A DNA stretch of 64,000 nt from the NCBI GenBank assembly GCA_017387685.1, contig JAFOEU010000024.1, positions 29,800 through 93,799 of the forward strand, in the 5' to 3' direction. Below, piece after piece: positions 1-8,051 of the stretch. The DNA is from Clostridia bacterium. Its GTDB lineage: Bacteria > Bacillota > Clostridia > Oscillospirales > CAG-272. How positions within the stretch are numbered: the stretch's first letter is position 1; every line of letters starts with the position of its first letter. Under the pieces are notes generated by a model. It saw nothing but the letters and a program-made list of their open reading frames with translations. It ran no database searches and was not told the origin of the DNA. The translations under genes and the position numbers were made by a program.

Positions 1-93
1 AATATGTTCCTCGCGCTCCTTTCCGTTATGGGCGTTCTTCTTGCCGACCTTATGTACGTTATCGTTGACCCGCGCGTCAAGCTGACCAAGTAA
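1..93 (+). CDS. 3' end of an ABC transporter permease (OppB/DppB type), truncated by the window edge
   Basis: Frame 1 reads ...LLADLMYVIVDPRVKLTK*, a typical permease C-terminus. It is followed by the AGGAGG RBS of the next permease gene. Confidence 0.6.
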   Translation, partial: NMFLALLSVMGVLLADLMYVIVDPRVKLTK

Positions 94-107
94 AGGAGGT
101 AATTATC

Positions 108-1148
108 ATGTCTCAGGAAAATGAAAAAGTAGTTACCTCAAAGCCCGAGGCGACCGAGCCGCACGACAAAAACGTCAAGCTCCTCTCCCCCGGCAGAATG
201 GTCGCGCGCCGCTTCTTCCGCTCGAAGCTTTCGATGGTCGGACTTCTTATGATCGTCGGACTCTTCCTCTTCTGCTGGCTCGGACCGATCATTTACCCCG
301 TCTGGGGCGAGACACAGCAGGATTTCTCGGGCAAAACCGAGTACACCTACTCGCTCGTTACATACGAGGAAAACGGCGAGACCCACTCCTTCTATCAGAT
401 CGTTGAAACGGGCAAGGAGATCAACTCGCTCGCCGCGCCCTCGAAGGATCATATTCTCGGCACCGACAAGGACGGCCGTGACGTCTTCACCCGTCTGATG
501 TACGGCGGACGAATCTCGCTCGCAGTTTCCTTCATCGCCGTTTTCGCCATCAACGTCCTCGGCGTTGTGCTCGGCGGTATTTCGGGCTACTTCGGCGGAG
601 TTATCGACGACGTCATTATGCGTATCTGCGATATTCTGATGTGTCTGCCCGGATTCCCGATCCTTCTCATTATCTCGACTCTGCTTGACGCGGCAAACGT
701 CGCGGCAAATATGCGAATCTACTTCCTTATGGCGTTTCTGACGCTCTTCTCGTGGCCCGGAACCGCTCGACTCGTCCGCGGACAGATCCTCTTCCTCCGT
801 GAGCAGGAATATATGGTCGCGGCAGAGGCAATGGGTTATTCGACCTCGCGTAAGATCTTCAAGCATCTTATCCCGAACGTAATGCCCCAGCTCATCGTTT
901 CGATGACTCTCTCCCTCGGTAGTATGATCCTCTACGAGGCATCGCTCTCCTACCTCAATATGGGTGTTCGCGCGCCCTTTGCGGCTTGGGGCACGATGAT
1001 CAACATCGTTGCTGAGGACTCCAACATTCTCCAGAACTTCTTCAACGTCTGGGGACCTCCCGGCGTTTGCATCATCATTGCCGTTCTCGGCTTCAACTTC
1101 GTCGGCGACGGTCTGCGCGACGCGCTCGACCCCAAGCAGAGGAGGTAA
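108..1148 (+). CDS. Oligopeptide/dipeptide ABC transporter permease (OppC/DppC type)
   Basis: 346-aa multi-TM ORF with an AGGAGG RBS. It has the N-terminal OppC-like region and an EAA-type loop (EAAEAMGYSTSRKIFKHLIPN). Confidence 0.85.
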   Translation: MSQENEKVVTSKPEATEPHDKNVKLLSPGRMVARRFFRSKLSMVGLLMIVGLFLFCWLGPIIYPVWGETQQDFSGKTEYTYSLVTYEENGETHSFYQIVETGKEINSLAAPSKDHILGTDKDGRDVFTRLMYGGRISLAVSFIAVFAINVLGVVLGGISGYFGGVIDDVIMRICDILMCLPGFPILLIISTLLDAANVAANMRIYFLMAFLTLFSWPGTARLVRGQILFLREQEYMVAAEAMGYSTSRKIFKHLIPNVMPQLIVSMTLSLGSMILYEASLSYLNMGVRAPFAAWGTMINIVAEDSNILQNFFNVWGPPGVCIIIAVLGFNFVGDGLRDALDPKQRR

Positions 1149-1154
1149 CTGAAT

Positions 1155-2312
1155 ATGGCTATTAATAATATAGGAAAGAAAAAACAGAACGGACACTACC
1201 TTTCGGGTAAGGAGGTACGCGCAATCGCCAAGGCAAACGCCAAGGTAATGCGCGAGCTTGAAGCCAAAAAGTTCCGCAAATGCCCCGAGAGCGATTACCT
1301 CACCGAGATGAAGAATCCCGATAACATCCTTGAGATCGACGGACTTCACTCCTACTTCTTCACCGATCAGGGAGTTGTCAAGGCTGTAAACGGCGTTTCC
1401 TTTGAGATCCCCGCAGGCACCACCGTCGGCGTTGTCGGTGAGTCGGGATGCGGTAAATCCGTAACCAGTATGTCTGTTATGCGACTCCTTCAGGGCCCCA
1501 CGGGACAGATCGTTGACGGTCATATCCGCTTCCGCTCAAACGACGGCAAGGTCTACGATATCGCAGAGATGCCGATGTCCGAGATCCACCGAATCCGCGG
1601 CAACCAGATCTCGATGATCTTCCAGGAGCCTATGACCTCGCTCAACCCCGTTTTCACCATCGGTGAACAGCTTGATGAGGTAACCCTTATCCACATTCCC
1701 GGCGCGACCAAGGAAAGCGCGAAGGCAAAGTCCCTCGAAATGCTCGAGCTTGTCGGCATCGCCGCTCCCGAGCGAGTTTATGCATCCTTCCCCCACGAGC
1801 TTTCGGGCGGTATGCGTCAGAGAGTTATGATCTCGATGGCGCTCGCTTGCAATCCCCGTCTTATCATCGCCGACGAGCCTACAACGGCTCTCGACGTTAC
1901 CATTCAGGCGCAGATACTCGATCTTCTCCGCGATCTTAAGGAAAAGATCAACGGCTCTATTATGCTCATCACACACGACCTCGGTGTTATCGCCGAAATG
2001 GCAGACTACGTTGTCGTTATGTACGCGGGCAAGGTAATCGAGCGCGGCACGGCTTCCGAGATCTTCCACGATCCCCGCCACCCCTACACCATCGGTCTGC
2101 AGAAGTCGAAGCCGACTATGAATTCGGACTCCGACACGCTCTTCAACATCCCCGGCAACGTCCCCAACCCCGTAAATATGCCCACTCACTGCTATTTCAA
2201 GGAAAGATGCGACAAGTGCATCGCGAAGTGCTCGGGCGATTATCCCGGAATGATTCAGGTCAGCCCCACGCACTACGTTGCCTGCCACCTCTACGGAAAG
2301 GAGGAAAAATAA
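1155..2312 (+). CDS. Oligopeptide ABC transporter ATP-binding protein (OppD type)
   Basis: Walker A GESGCGKS, signature LSGGMRQR, Walker [12 protein letters not shown] and the C-terminal oligopeptide-type extension (HPYT). Confidence 0.9.
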   Translation: MAINNIGKKKQNGHYLSGKEVRAIAKANAKVMRELEAKKFRKCPESDYLTEMKNPDNILEIDGLHSYFFTDQGVVKAVNGVSFEIPAGTTVGVVGESGCGKSVTSMSVMRLLQGPTGQIVDGHIRFRSNDGKVYDIAEMPMSEIHRIRGNQISMIFQEPMTSLNPVFTIGEQLDEVTLIHIPGATKESAKAKSLEMLELVGIAAPERVYASFPHELSGGMRQRVMISMALACNPRLIIADEPTTALDVTIQAQILDLLRDLKEKINGSIMLITHDLGVIAEMADYVVVMYAGKVIERGTASEIFHDPRHPYTIGLQKSKPTMNSDSDTLFNIPGNVPNPVNMPTHCYFKERCDKCIAKCSGDYPGMIQVSPTHYVACHLYGKEEK

Positions 2313-3329
2313 ATGTCTGACGAAATCAAGACCATACTCCCTCCCGATCCCGAGGCGATACTTGAAGTCCGTAATCTTCAGAAGCGTTTCGTTCTCGCAA
2401 AGACCTTGATGGGCAAGCCCACGAAGGAGCTTGTTGCGGTCGATAACGTATCCTTTAAGCTGAAAGCGGGCGAAACGCTCGGCATCGTTGGCGAGTCGGG
2501 ATGCGGTAAAACCACACTCGGCAGAACGATCCTCCGCCTCCACCCCTCGAGCGGCGGCGAGATCTACTTCAAGGGTCAGAACATCGCTGACCTCAAGGGT
2601 CAGGAGCTGCGCGATCTGCGAACCAAGATGCAGATCATCTTCCAGGACCCCTATTCCTCCCTGCCTCCCCGTGCGACCGTCGGTGACATCCTCTCCGAGC
2701 CCGTGCTCGTTCACGGTATAGTTCCGAAGAACGAGGTCAAGGATTACGTTCTCGACCTTATGGAAAAATGCGGTCTGCGCGACTATTACTACGAGCGTTA
2801 CCCCCACGAGTTTTCGGGCGGACAGCGTCAGAGAATCTGTATCGCGCGTGCACTCTCGGTAAAACCCGAGCTCGTTATCTGTGACGAGCCCGTTTCGGCA
2901 CTTGACGTTTCGATTCAGGCGCAGATCATCAACCTGCTCAAGGAGCTTCAGCGTTCGATGAACCTGACCTACCTCTTCATCTCGCACGATCTTTCGGTCG
3001 TCAAGTTCATTTCCGACAAGGTCGGCGTTATGTACCTCGGCAAGATGATGGAGTTCGGCGCAAAAAAGGATATCTTCGACAACCCGATGCATCCATATAC
3101 GCAGGCACTCTTCTCGGCGATCCCCAACCCCGATCCCGACGTCAAGATGAAGAGAATCCACCTTGCGGGCGATATTCCCTCCCCCGCGAATCCCCCCTCG
3201 GGATGCCGCTTCCATACCCGTTGCCCTCACGCAACCGAGGAATGCGCGAAGTCCGCGCCCGAATACCGCGAGGTCGAGCCCGGTCACTTCGTAGCTTGTC
3301 ACCTCTGCAAGGGATGCTCAAATGAGTAA
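2313..3329 (+). CDS. Oligopeptide ABC transporter ATP-binding protein (OppF type)
   Basis: Walker A GESGCGKTT, signature FSGGQRQR, Walker B ICDEPVSALD and a C-terminal PSGCRFHTRCP motif. The start abuts the oppD-like stop. Confidence 0.9.
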   Translation: MSDEIKTILPPDPEAILEVRNLQKRFVLAKTLMGKPTKELVAVDNVSFKLKAGETLGIVGESGCGKTTLGRTILRLHPSSGGEIYFKGQNIADLKGQELRDLRTKMQIIFQDPYSSLPPRATVGDILSEPVLVHGIVPKNEVKDYVLDLMEKCGLRDYYYERYPHEFSGGQRQRICIARALSVKPELVICDEPVSALDVSIQAQIINLLKELQRSMNLTYLFISHDLSVVKFISDKVGVMYLGKMMEFGAKKDIFDNPMHPYTQALFSAIPNPDPDVKMKRIHLAGDIPSPANPPSGCRFHTRCPHATEECAKSAPEYREVEPGHFVACHLCKGCSNE

Positions 3330-3615
3330 GAATAAGAAAAAACGCGAAAAAGTGGTGTGGATCGACGACGGCAGAACTATAGCCGATATGTCGAACCTTC
3401 CCACGCGCGGCCTCGGCAGAAGCCTTTCGGATGCACGTCCGAAAAAGGAAATGAGCGAAACCGAAAAGCAGTTTTATAAGGCACAACCCAAATGGCGCGA
3501 ATATCTCGCAACATACTTCGCAGCCGTAAGAATGATGTTTCTCCCGATGCTTGCCGTGATCGGCATCATATCGATTGCGTTCCTCATTCTTTTCGTGCTC
3601 TCAAAACTCGCATAA
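3322..3615 (+). CDS. Small hypothetical membrane protein
   Basis: 97-aa ORF overlapping the preceding gene by 8 nt. It has a basic N-terminus, one C-terminal TM helix and a terminator directly downstream. No family recognised. Confidence 0.45.
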   Translation: MSKNKKKREKVVWIDDGRTIADMSNLPTRGLGRSLSDARPKKEMSETEKQFYKAQPKWREYLATYFAAVRMMFLPMLAVIGIISIAFLILFVLSKLA

Positions 3616-3616
3616 G

Positions 3617-3648
3617 AAAAGCCCGACTCGGTGAGTCGGGCTTTTCTT
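3617..3648 (+). terminator. Rho-independent terminator
   Basis: AAAAGCCCGACTC-GGTG-AGTCGGGCTTTTCTT: a GC-rich stem followed by a T tract. Confidence 0.8.
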
Positions 3649-3650
3649 AT

Positions 3651-3737
3651 GAGAATGATAATCTCGCTGCGCGAGAATGATAATCCGCTGTGCGGAATGA
3701 TAGTTTGCCTTCGGCAAAATGAAGGTAAATTTTCATC
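3651..3737 (+). repeat. Array of ~22-nt mini-hairpin units with a conserved AATGATAAT linker, ending in GAAGGTAAATTTTC
   Basis: AATGATAAT-CTCGC/tgc/GCGAG, AATGATAAT-CCGC/tgt/GCGG, AATGATAGT-TTGCC/ttc/GGCAA, then AATGAAGGTAAATTTTC. The same family occurs inverted at 49741-49825. Confidence 0.8.
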
Positions 3738-3794
3738 ATAATCAACAGCGGGAAAGTTTTTGAAGATTCTTAAGGAACTTCACGCTGCTGTTGT

Positions 3795-5681
3795 CTATTG
3801 TTCGAGTTTGGTCGCCTTAAACTGTCCTTCCGAAGCAAACACAAAGAGCTTTCCGTCGACTATCGTCGCTCTCGTCACTCCCTCGTCCGAAACGCGGTCA
3901 AATCTCACGTTTGCGACGGGAACCATCGCGCCGCCGTTGAAATGGACGAGAATATAATCGCCGACGTCCGCTTTTGAGGTCATAAGCCCAAAGAGATTAT
4001 CCTTCCTATTTATATAATAGGATTTGTAATCCTCCGAGAACTCAACTCCGCGGAGCTCATAGGTGCAAACTGACACGACCATTCCGTTTTTCTCCTCATA
4101 GATTTCAAGCTTGAGATGATCTCTCGTATTGCCGTAGCCGATTCCGAGCAGATAACCGCCATCAAGCTCAATGAGCGAGGTCGAGAAGCCTTCGATCACT
4201 CCCGTGTCGGTGTAGGTGATATTGCTCATATCCGAAAGGTCGAAGAAGAACACGGGGTCGGTAAAGCTGACCACTACTGCGGTACAGACGTATGCGCTGT
4301 CACCGTCGAAGCGTACCGATGCAACCTGCTCTCCCTCGGGGGCAAAACCGATGACGCTGCCGATTATCTCGAGGGTCGAAAGATCGATGCAGTAAAGATC
4401 GGCGCTGTTGTAACGCTCGACCTGAACGTAGCTATATACCTCTTTGTCAACCGTCAGATAACGTTTTCCGATGCGCTTGTGTGTCTCGGTCACAACGCGG
4501 AGAACGCCGTCCTTTTCGTCGAGCGAATACTGATCGTTAAGGAATCCGTCAACTCTGACCACGCCCTTGTTTTCAAGCGTGCCCGAGGAGTAGGAAATGG
4601 TATAAATATTGGTCTGATTGATATTTTTCGTGATGATTTCATTGTCATTCTCACCGGACTCTTCGGTATATCCGTAAAAATTACAGCCGAGGAAGATGTT
4701 GTTCTCGGAAACCGAAACGACCCAGGCATTGTCGAGCACCGCAAGGCTTCCGAGCACATCGAGGCTCTCGGCATCGAGCATCACGGCGACGGTATAGTAA
4801 GCGTTCGTGCAATCTTCGTTATAGAGAATGTCGGGCGCGGCAAGGCTCTCGCACTCGCCGTTCTTCGTGATCTGCGGCAGAAATTCGCTCTCATCCGAAA
4901 AATCGGGCTCGTTATAGATCGGCATTCCCGTGATGAGAAGGAGCTTACCGTCCTTCATACGCGAGGAGATGACGCTTCCCGAGATCTCAACGACCTCCGC
5001 CTCCTTGATGTAAGCTGCATCTGTAACATCGAGCATCACGGCGATAGTTTTGTTGTAAGCAGGGATAAGGACGGTCACCTTTGTGCAATCGGGAGACAAG
5101 AAGATCTCGCTTTCCCAACTTGCGCCTGCGTACTTGCCAATAACTTCGCGCACATTGAATTCGTCAAGCTTGCATTCGCCCTCAATCGAGTAGGAATAAA
5201 GAATCAGATTGTATGGATCAAGATAGAAAATATTCTTGTCGCTGCGCTTGAAAAGGTCGCCCTCGATCACGCCGTCATACTGATTGTCGGTGACTTCCTC
5301 ATATTTATCTACATTCAAATCCATCGATGCGTTCGGTACGGCACTTTCTCCCGTTGCAGAATCAAATACTCTACCTATCGACATGACGTACTTTTCAAAA
5401 TTGTTCGCATAACGGTAATTTGCCGGTCTGCAGGCAAGCTCTTGCACCTTGAGCATCAAGCCGTAATACTCGCTGTTCGAGTATTTTGAAAGATCTTCAA
5501 GCTCGCCCGAAAAGGGCAAGAAGAGCCAAAGGCTTAAAAATACAGCAAAAACGCTGATGCAAGCCGCTAAAACAGTCAGTTTTCTGCGTTTTACGCCCGA
5601 GGTGGGCGCGGTGGGGTCGGCTTCGCGGATGTATTTTTCGTCCACGTTACCTATTTCGCGGTAAATGTCTTTATTTTTCAT
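3795..5681 (-). CDS. Membrane-anchored beta-propeller domain protein (Beta_propel/PF09826-like), putative anti-sigma partner
   Basis: Short cytoplasmic N-terminus, one TM helix and a large extracytoplasmic domain. The C-terminal motif VRFDGDSAYVCT..FTDPVFFFDLSD..GVIEGFSTSL..GYLLGIG is typical of the family. Its start overlaps the sigma gene stop (ATGA). Confidence 0.7.
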   Translation of the reverse strand: MKNKDIYREIGNVDEKYIREADPTAPTSGVKRRKLTVLAACISVFAVFLSLWLFLPFSGELEDLSKYSNSEYYGLMLKVQELACRPANYRYANNFEKYVMSIGRVFDSATGESAVPNASMDLNVDKYEEVTDNQYDGVIEGDLFKRSDKNIFYLDPYNLILYSYSIEGECKLDEFNVREVIGKYAGASWESEIFLSPDCTKVTVLIPAYNKTIAVMLDVTDAAYIKEAEVVEISGSVISSRMKDGKLLLITGMPIYNEPDFSDESEFLPQITKNGECESLAAPDILYNEDCTNAYYTVAVMLDAESLDVLGSLAVLDNAWVVSVSENNIFLGCNFYGYTEESGENDNEIITKNINQTNIYTISYSSGTLENKGVVRVDGFLNDQYSLDEKDGVLRVVTETHKRIGKRYLTVDKEVYSYVQVERYNSADLYCIDLSTLEIIGSVIGFAPEGEQVASVRFDGDSAYVCTAVVVSFTDPVFFFDLSDMSNITYTDTGVIEGFSTSLIELDGGYLLGIGYGNTRDHLKLEIYEEKNGMVVSVCTYELRGVEFSEDYKSYYINRKDNLFGLMTSKADVGDYILVHFNGGAMVPVANVRFDRVSDEGVTRATIVDGKLFVFASEGQFKATKLEQ

Positions 5682-6229
5682 AGTTCAAATCCCTCCTTGT
5701 GTAGATGTTCCCTGAGTTTTTGCCGTGCGCGGAAAAGAAGCATCGTGACGGCACTTTCCTTAAGTCCGCGCGCCACCGCGATCTCGCGCACCGTGCAGGT
5801 GTAAAAGTATCTTTGCATAAAAACGATGCGCGTTTTCTCGTCGAGCGAGGCAAGAAATGAGTCGAGCGCCTCGCGCAGAGCAAAGCTTTCGCCCAGCTCC
5901 TCACCCGCGGGGTCGGAGAGACACTCGGAAAGCTCCTCGATCACGAGCGCGACCTCGCCGCGCTTTTGAGCCGACCTTTCCTCGATCCGATTCAGCGCGA
6001 TATTGCGCGCAATTCTGCCGACGTAGGGCTTCAGCGGATCGGGCTCGTTCGGGGGAATGCTTTGCCAGAGCTTCACATAAGTATCGTTTTCAACTTCCTC
6101 GGCGTCCTGATCGTTGCCGAGGAGACGCAGGGCGATATATCGGCAATATCTGCCGTACTTCTTCGCCACCTCGGAGATAGCACTCTCGGCGCGCGCCAAA
6201 AAGAGTTCAACTATTCGTTTGTCGTCCAT
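5678..6229 (-). CDS. ECF-type sigma-70 family RNA polymerase sigma factor
   Basis: Region 2 (DAEEVENDTYVKLW) and region 4 HTH (YTCTVREIAVARGLKESAVTMLLFRARQKL). The start is taken at MDDKRIV, which has an AAAGGAG RBS, rather than the longer ORF start at 6253. Confidence 0.8.
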   Translation of the reverse strand: MDDKRIVELFLARAESAISEVAKKYGRYCRYIALRLLGNDQDAEEVENDTYVKLWQSIPPNEPDPLKPYVGRIARNIALNRIEERSAQKRGEVALVIEELSECLSDPAGEELGESFALREALDSFLASLDEKTRIVFMQRYFYTCTVREIAVARGLKESAVTMLLFRARQKLREHLHKEGFEL

Positions 6230-6403
6230 TTTTATGCTCCTTTCTTCTGTCATAAAGGCCTTTCATCCTAAATAACAGGAAAAATGGGGAGGGTAACACT
6301 ATTTTTTATAATTTTAGCATATTTTTTGAGAAAAAGCAATATCTCGCTGTGCGAGGATCAGGCTACCGAGTCATTTTTTATCGGATAAACGATCGCTTTT
6401 CTA

Positions 6404-6432
6404 TTGACTATTCCCCGATACTATGCTATAAT
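6404..6432 (+). promoter_or_regulatory. Sigma-70 type promoter for the SBP gene
   Basis: TTGACT - 17 nt - TATAAT. Confidence 0.55.
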
Positions 6433-6466
6433 TATCTTGCCAAATATTTATCAGGAGACAAAAAAC

Positions 6467-7984
6467 ATGAAACGTACGTTATCAGCAATTATGGCTCTTC
6501 TTATGCTTCTCGGCGTCGCCGGCACCGCTATCGCTTGCAGCGATCCCACGGGCGGCGAGGATACTGCGGCAACCACTACCGCGGCAGCGGTCATTGATGG
6601 CACCGTCGCGGAAGAAACCGTCGACGACCGTTACGACGCCGACGGCTATCTTAAGGATGAGCTTGACCCCACCCTCAATTTCGGCGGCGAGACCGTCAGC
6701 ATCTTCGCGTGGGAGCACACCCTTCCCGAGTTTGACGTTGAAGAGCAGTCCGGAAACATCGTTGAGGACGCGGTTTACAACCGTAACGCAAGAACCGAGG
6801 AGAGACTCGGCGTTGAGCTTGAATTCACCCTCACCAAGGGTAACAACACCGCCTTCAAGGATTTCTGCCAGACCCTTTCCAACACTATCAGCGTAGGCGA
6901 GGGCGCGTATGACCTCATCGGTTGCTATCTGCGTTCCGCGGGCGTTCTGACGATCGAGCACATGCTCGTTGACCTTCTTGAGGTCGATCATCTTGATTTT
7001 GAAAAGCCCTGGTGGTCGGATAGCCTTCTTGAGCTCAACACCATCAACAACCGCCTCTACTTCACCTCGGGTGATATCGCTTCTACCCTCATCTATCAGA
7101 TGATGTTCATCGTTTACAACAACGATCTCGGTGAGCAGCTCAATCTCACTAACCCTCAGGCACTTGCTCTCGAGGGCAAATGGACTCAGGAGCTTCTCAT
7201 TGAAATGTCCAGGGGCGTTTACTCTGACCTTGATAACGACGGCGCGAAGTCGGAAACCGACCGCTACGGTCTCTTCTCGATCACCCATCCCCTCCTTGAT
7301 ATCTTCTATATGGGCGCAGGCATGAACTACGTTATTCCTACCGCAGAGGGCGATCTTACCCTTTCGGAGGACGTCCTCAGCGATAAGTCCTTCGCCATCA
7401 TCGACCGATTCAACGATCTCTATCACAATTCAAACGACGGATTCTTTATCAAGACGGCTTCCGCAACTCTCTACGCAGAGGGCAATTCCCTCTTCTACAA
7501 CGTATCCGGTCAGCATCTCGCGCAGCAGTTCCGTAACTCGGAGATCAATTACAGTATCCTTCCCGCGCCCAAGTTTGACGAATCGCAGGAAAATTATCGC
7601 ACTCCCGTTGCCTTCACCCACACGATGTACTGTATCCCGATTGATGCGAAGAACACCTCAAAGTCGGGCGCGGTGCTTGAGTGTATGGCTTCCGAGGCAT
7701 ACCGCACCGTTACCCCCGCGCTCTTTGAGACCGCTTTCAAATATCAGTATTCCAAGAACCCCTACGATGCGGAGCTCTTTGAGGTTATCCGTGACAACGT
7801 AGTATTCGATATCGGACGTCCCTTCTTCGATTCTATCGGCGGCGATTCCTCGAGCCCCATCCGTGTATGGAGAATGCAGATCGAGAACGGCGTCAACTCG
7901 CTCGCTTCTGCGGGTAAGGTTCAAATGAGAGGCTGGAACAGATCCTTGACGAGCCTCTCCGAAGAATTGAAGAACACTAACTAA
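6467..7984 (+). CDS. Extracellular solute-binding lipoprotein (LplA-like, ~500-aa ABC SBP family), paralog 1
   Basis: AGGAGA RBS, a lipobox signal (LLGVAGTAIAC) and a Thr/Ala-rich linker. Shares the motifs FEKPWW, SGDI and ILPAPKFDESQENY with five other ORFs in the window. Confidence 0.7.
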   Translation: MKRTLSAIMALLMLLGVAGTAIACSDPTGGEDTAATTTAAAVIDGTVAEETVDDRYDADGYLKDELDPTLNFGGETVSIFAWEHTLPEFDVEEQSGNIVEDAVYNRNARTEERLGVELEFTLTKGNNTAFKDFCQTLSNTISVGEGAYDLIGCYLRSAGVLTIEHMLVDLLEVDHLDFEKPWWSDSLLELNTINNRLYFTSGDIASTLIYQMMFIVYNNDLGEQLNLTNPQALALEGKWTQELLIEMSRGVYSDLDNDGAKSETDRYGLFSITHPLLDIFYMGAGMNYVIPTAEGDLTLSEDVLSDKSFAIIDRFNDLYHNSNDGFFIKTASATLYAEGNSLFYNVSGQHLAQQFRNSEINYSILPAPKFDESQENYRTPVAFTHTMYCIPIDAKNTSKSGAVLECMASEAYRTVTPALFETAFKYQYSKNPYDAELFEVIRDNVVFDIGRPFFDSIGGDSSSPIRVWRMQIENGVNSLASAGKVQMRGWNRSLTSLSEELKNTN

Positions 7985-8009
7985 TTATTTAATTTAAAAA
8001 CTCCTGTTT

Positions 8010-8044
8010 AAAACCCGCACGGACCAAGCCGTGCGGGTTTTGCT
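8010..8044. terminator. Bidirectional rho-independent terminator between convergent genes
   Basis: AAAACCCGCACGG-ACCAA-GCCGTGCGGGTTTT, with an A tract and a T tract on either side. Confidence 0.8.
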
Positions 8045-8051
8045 TTTCAAT

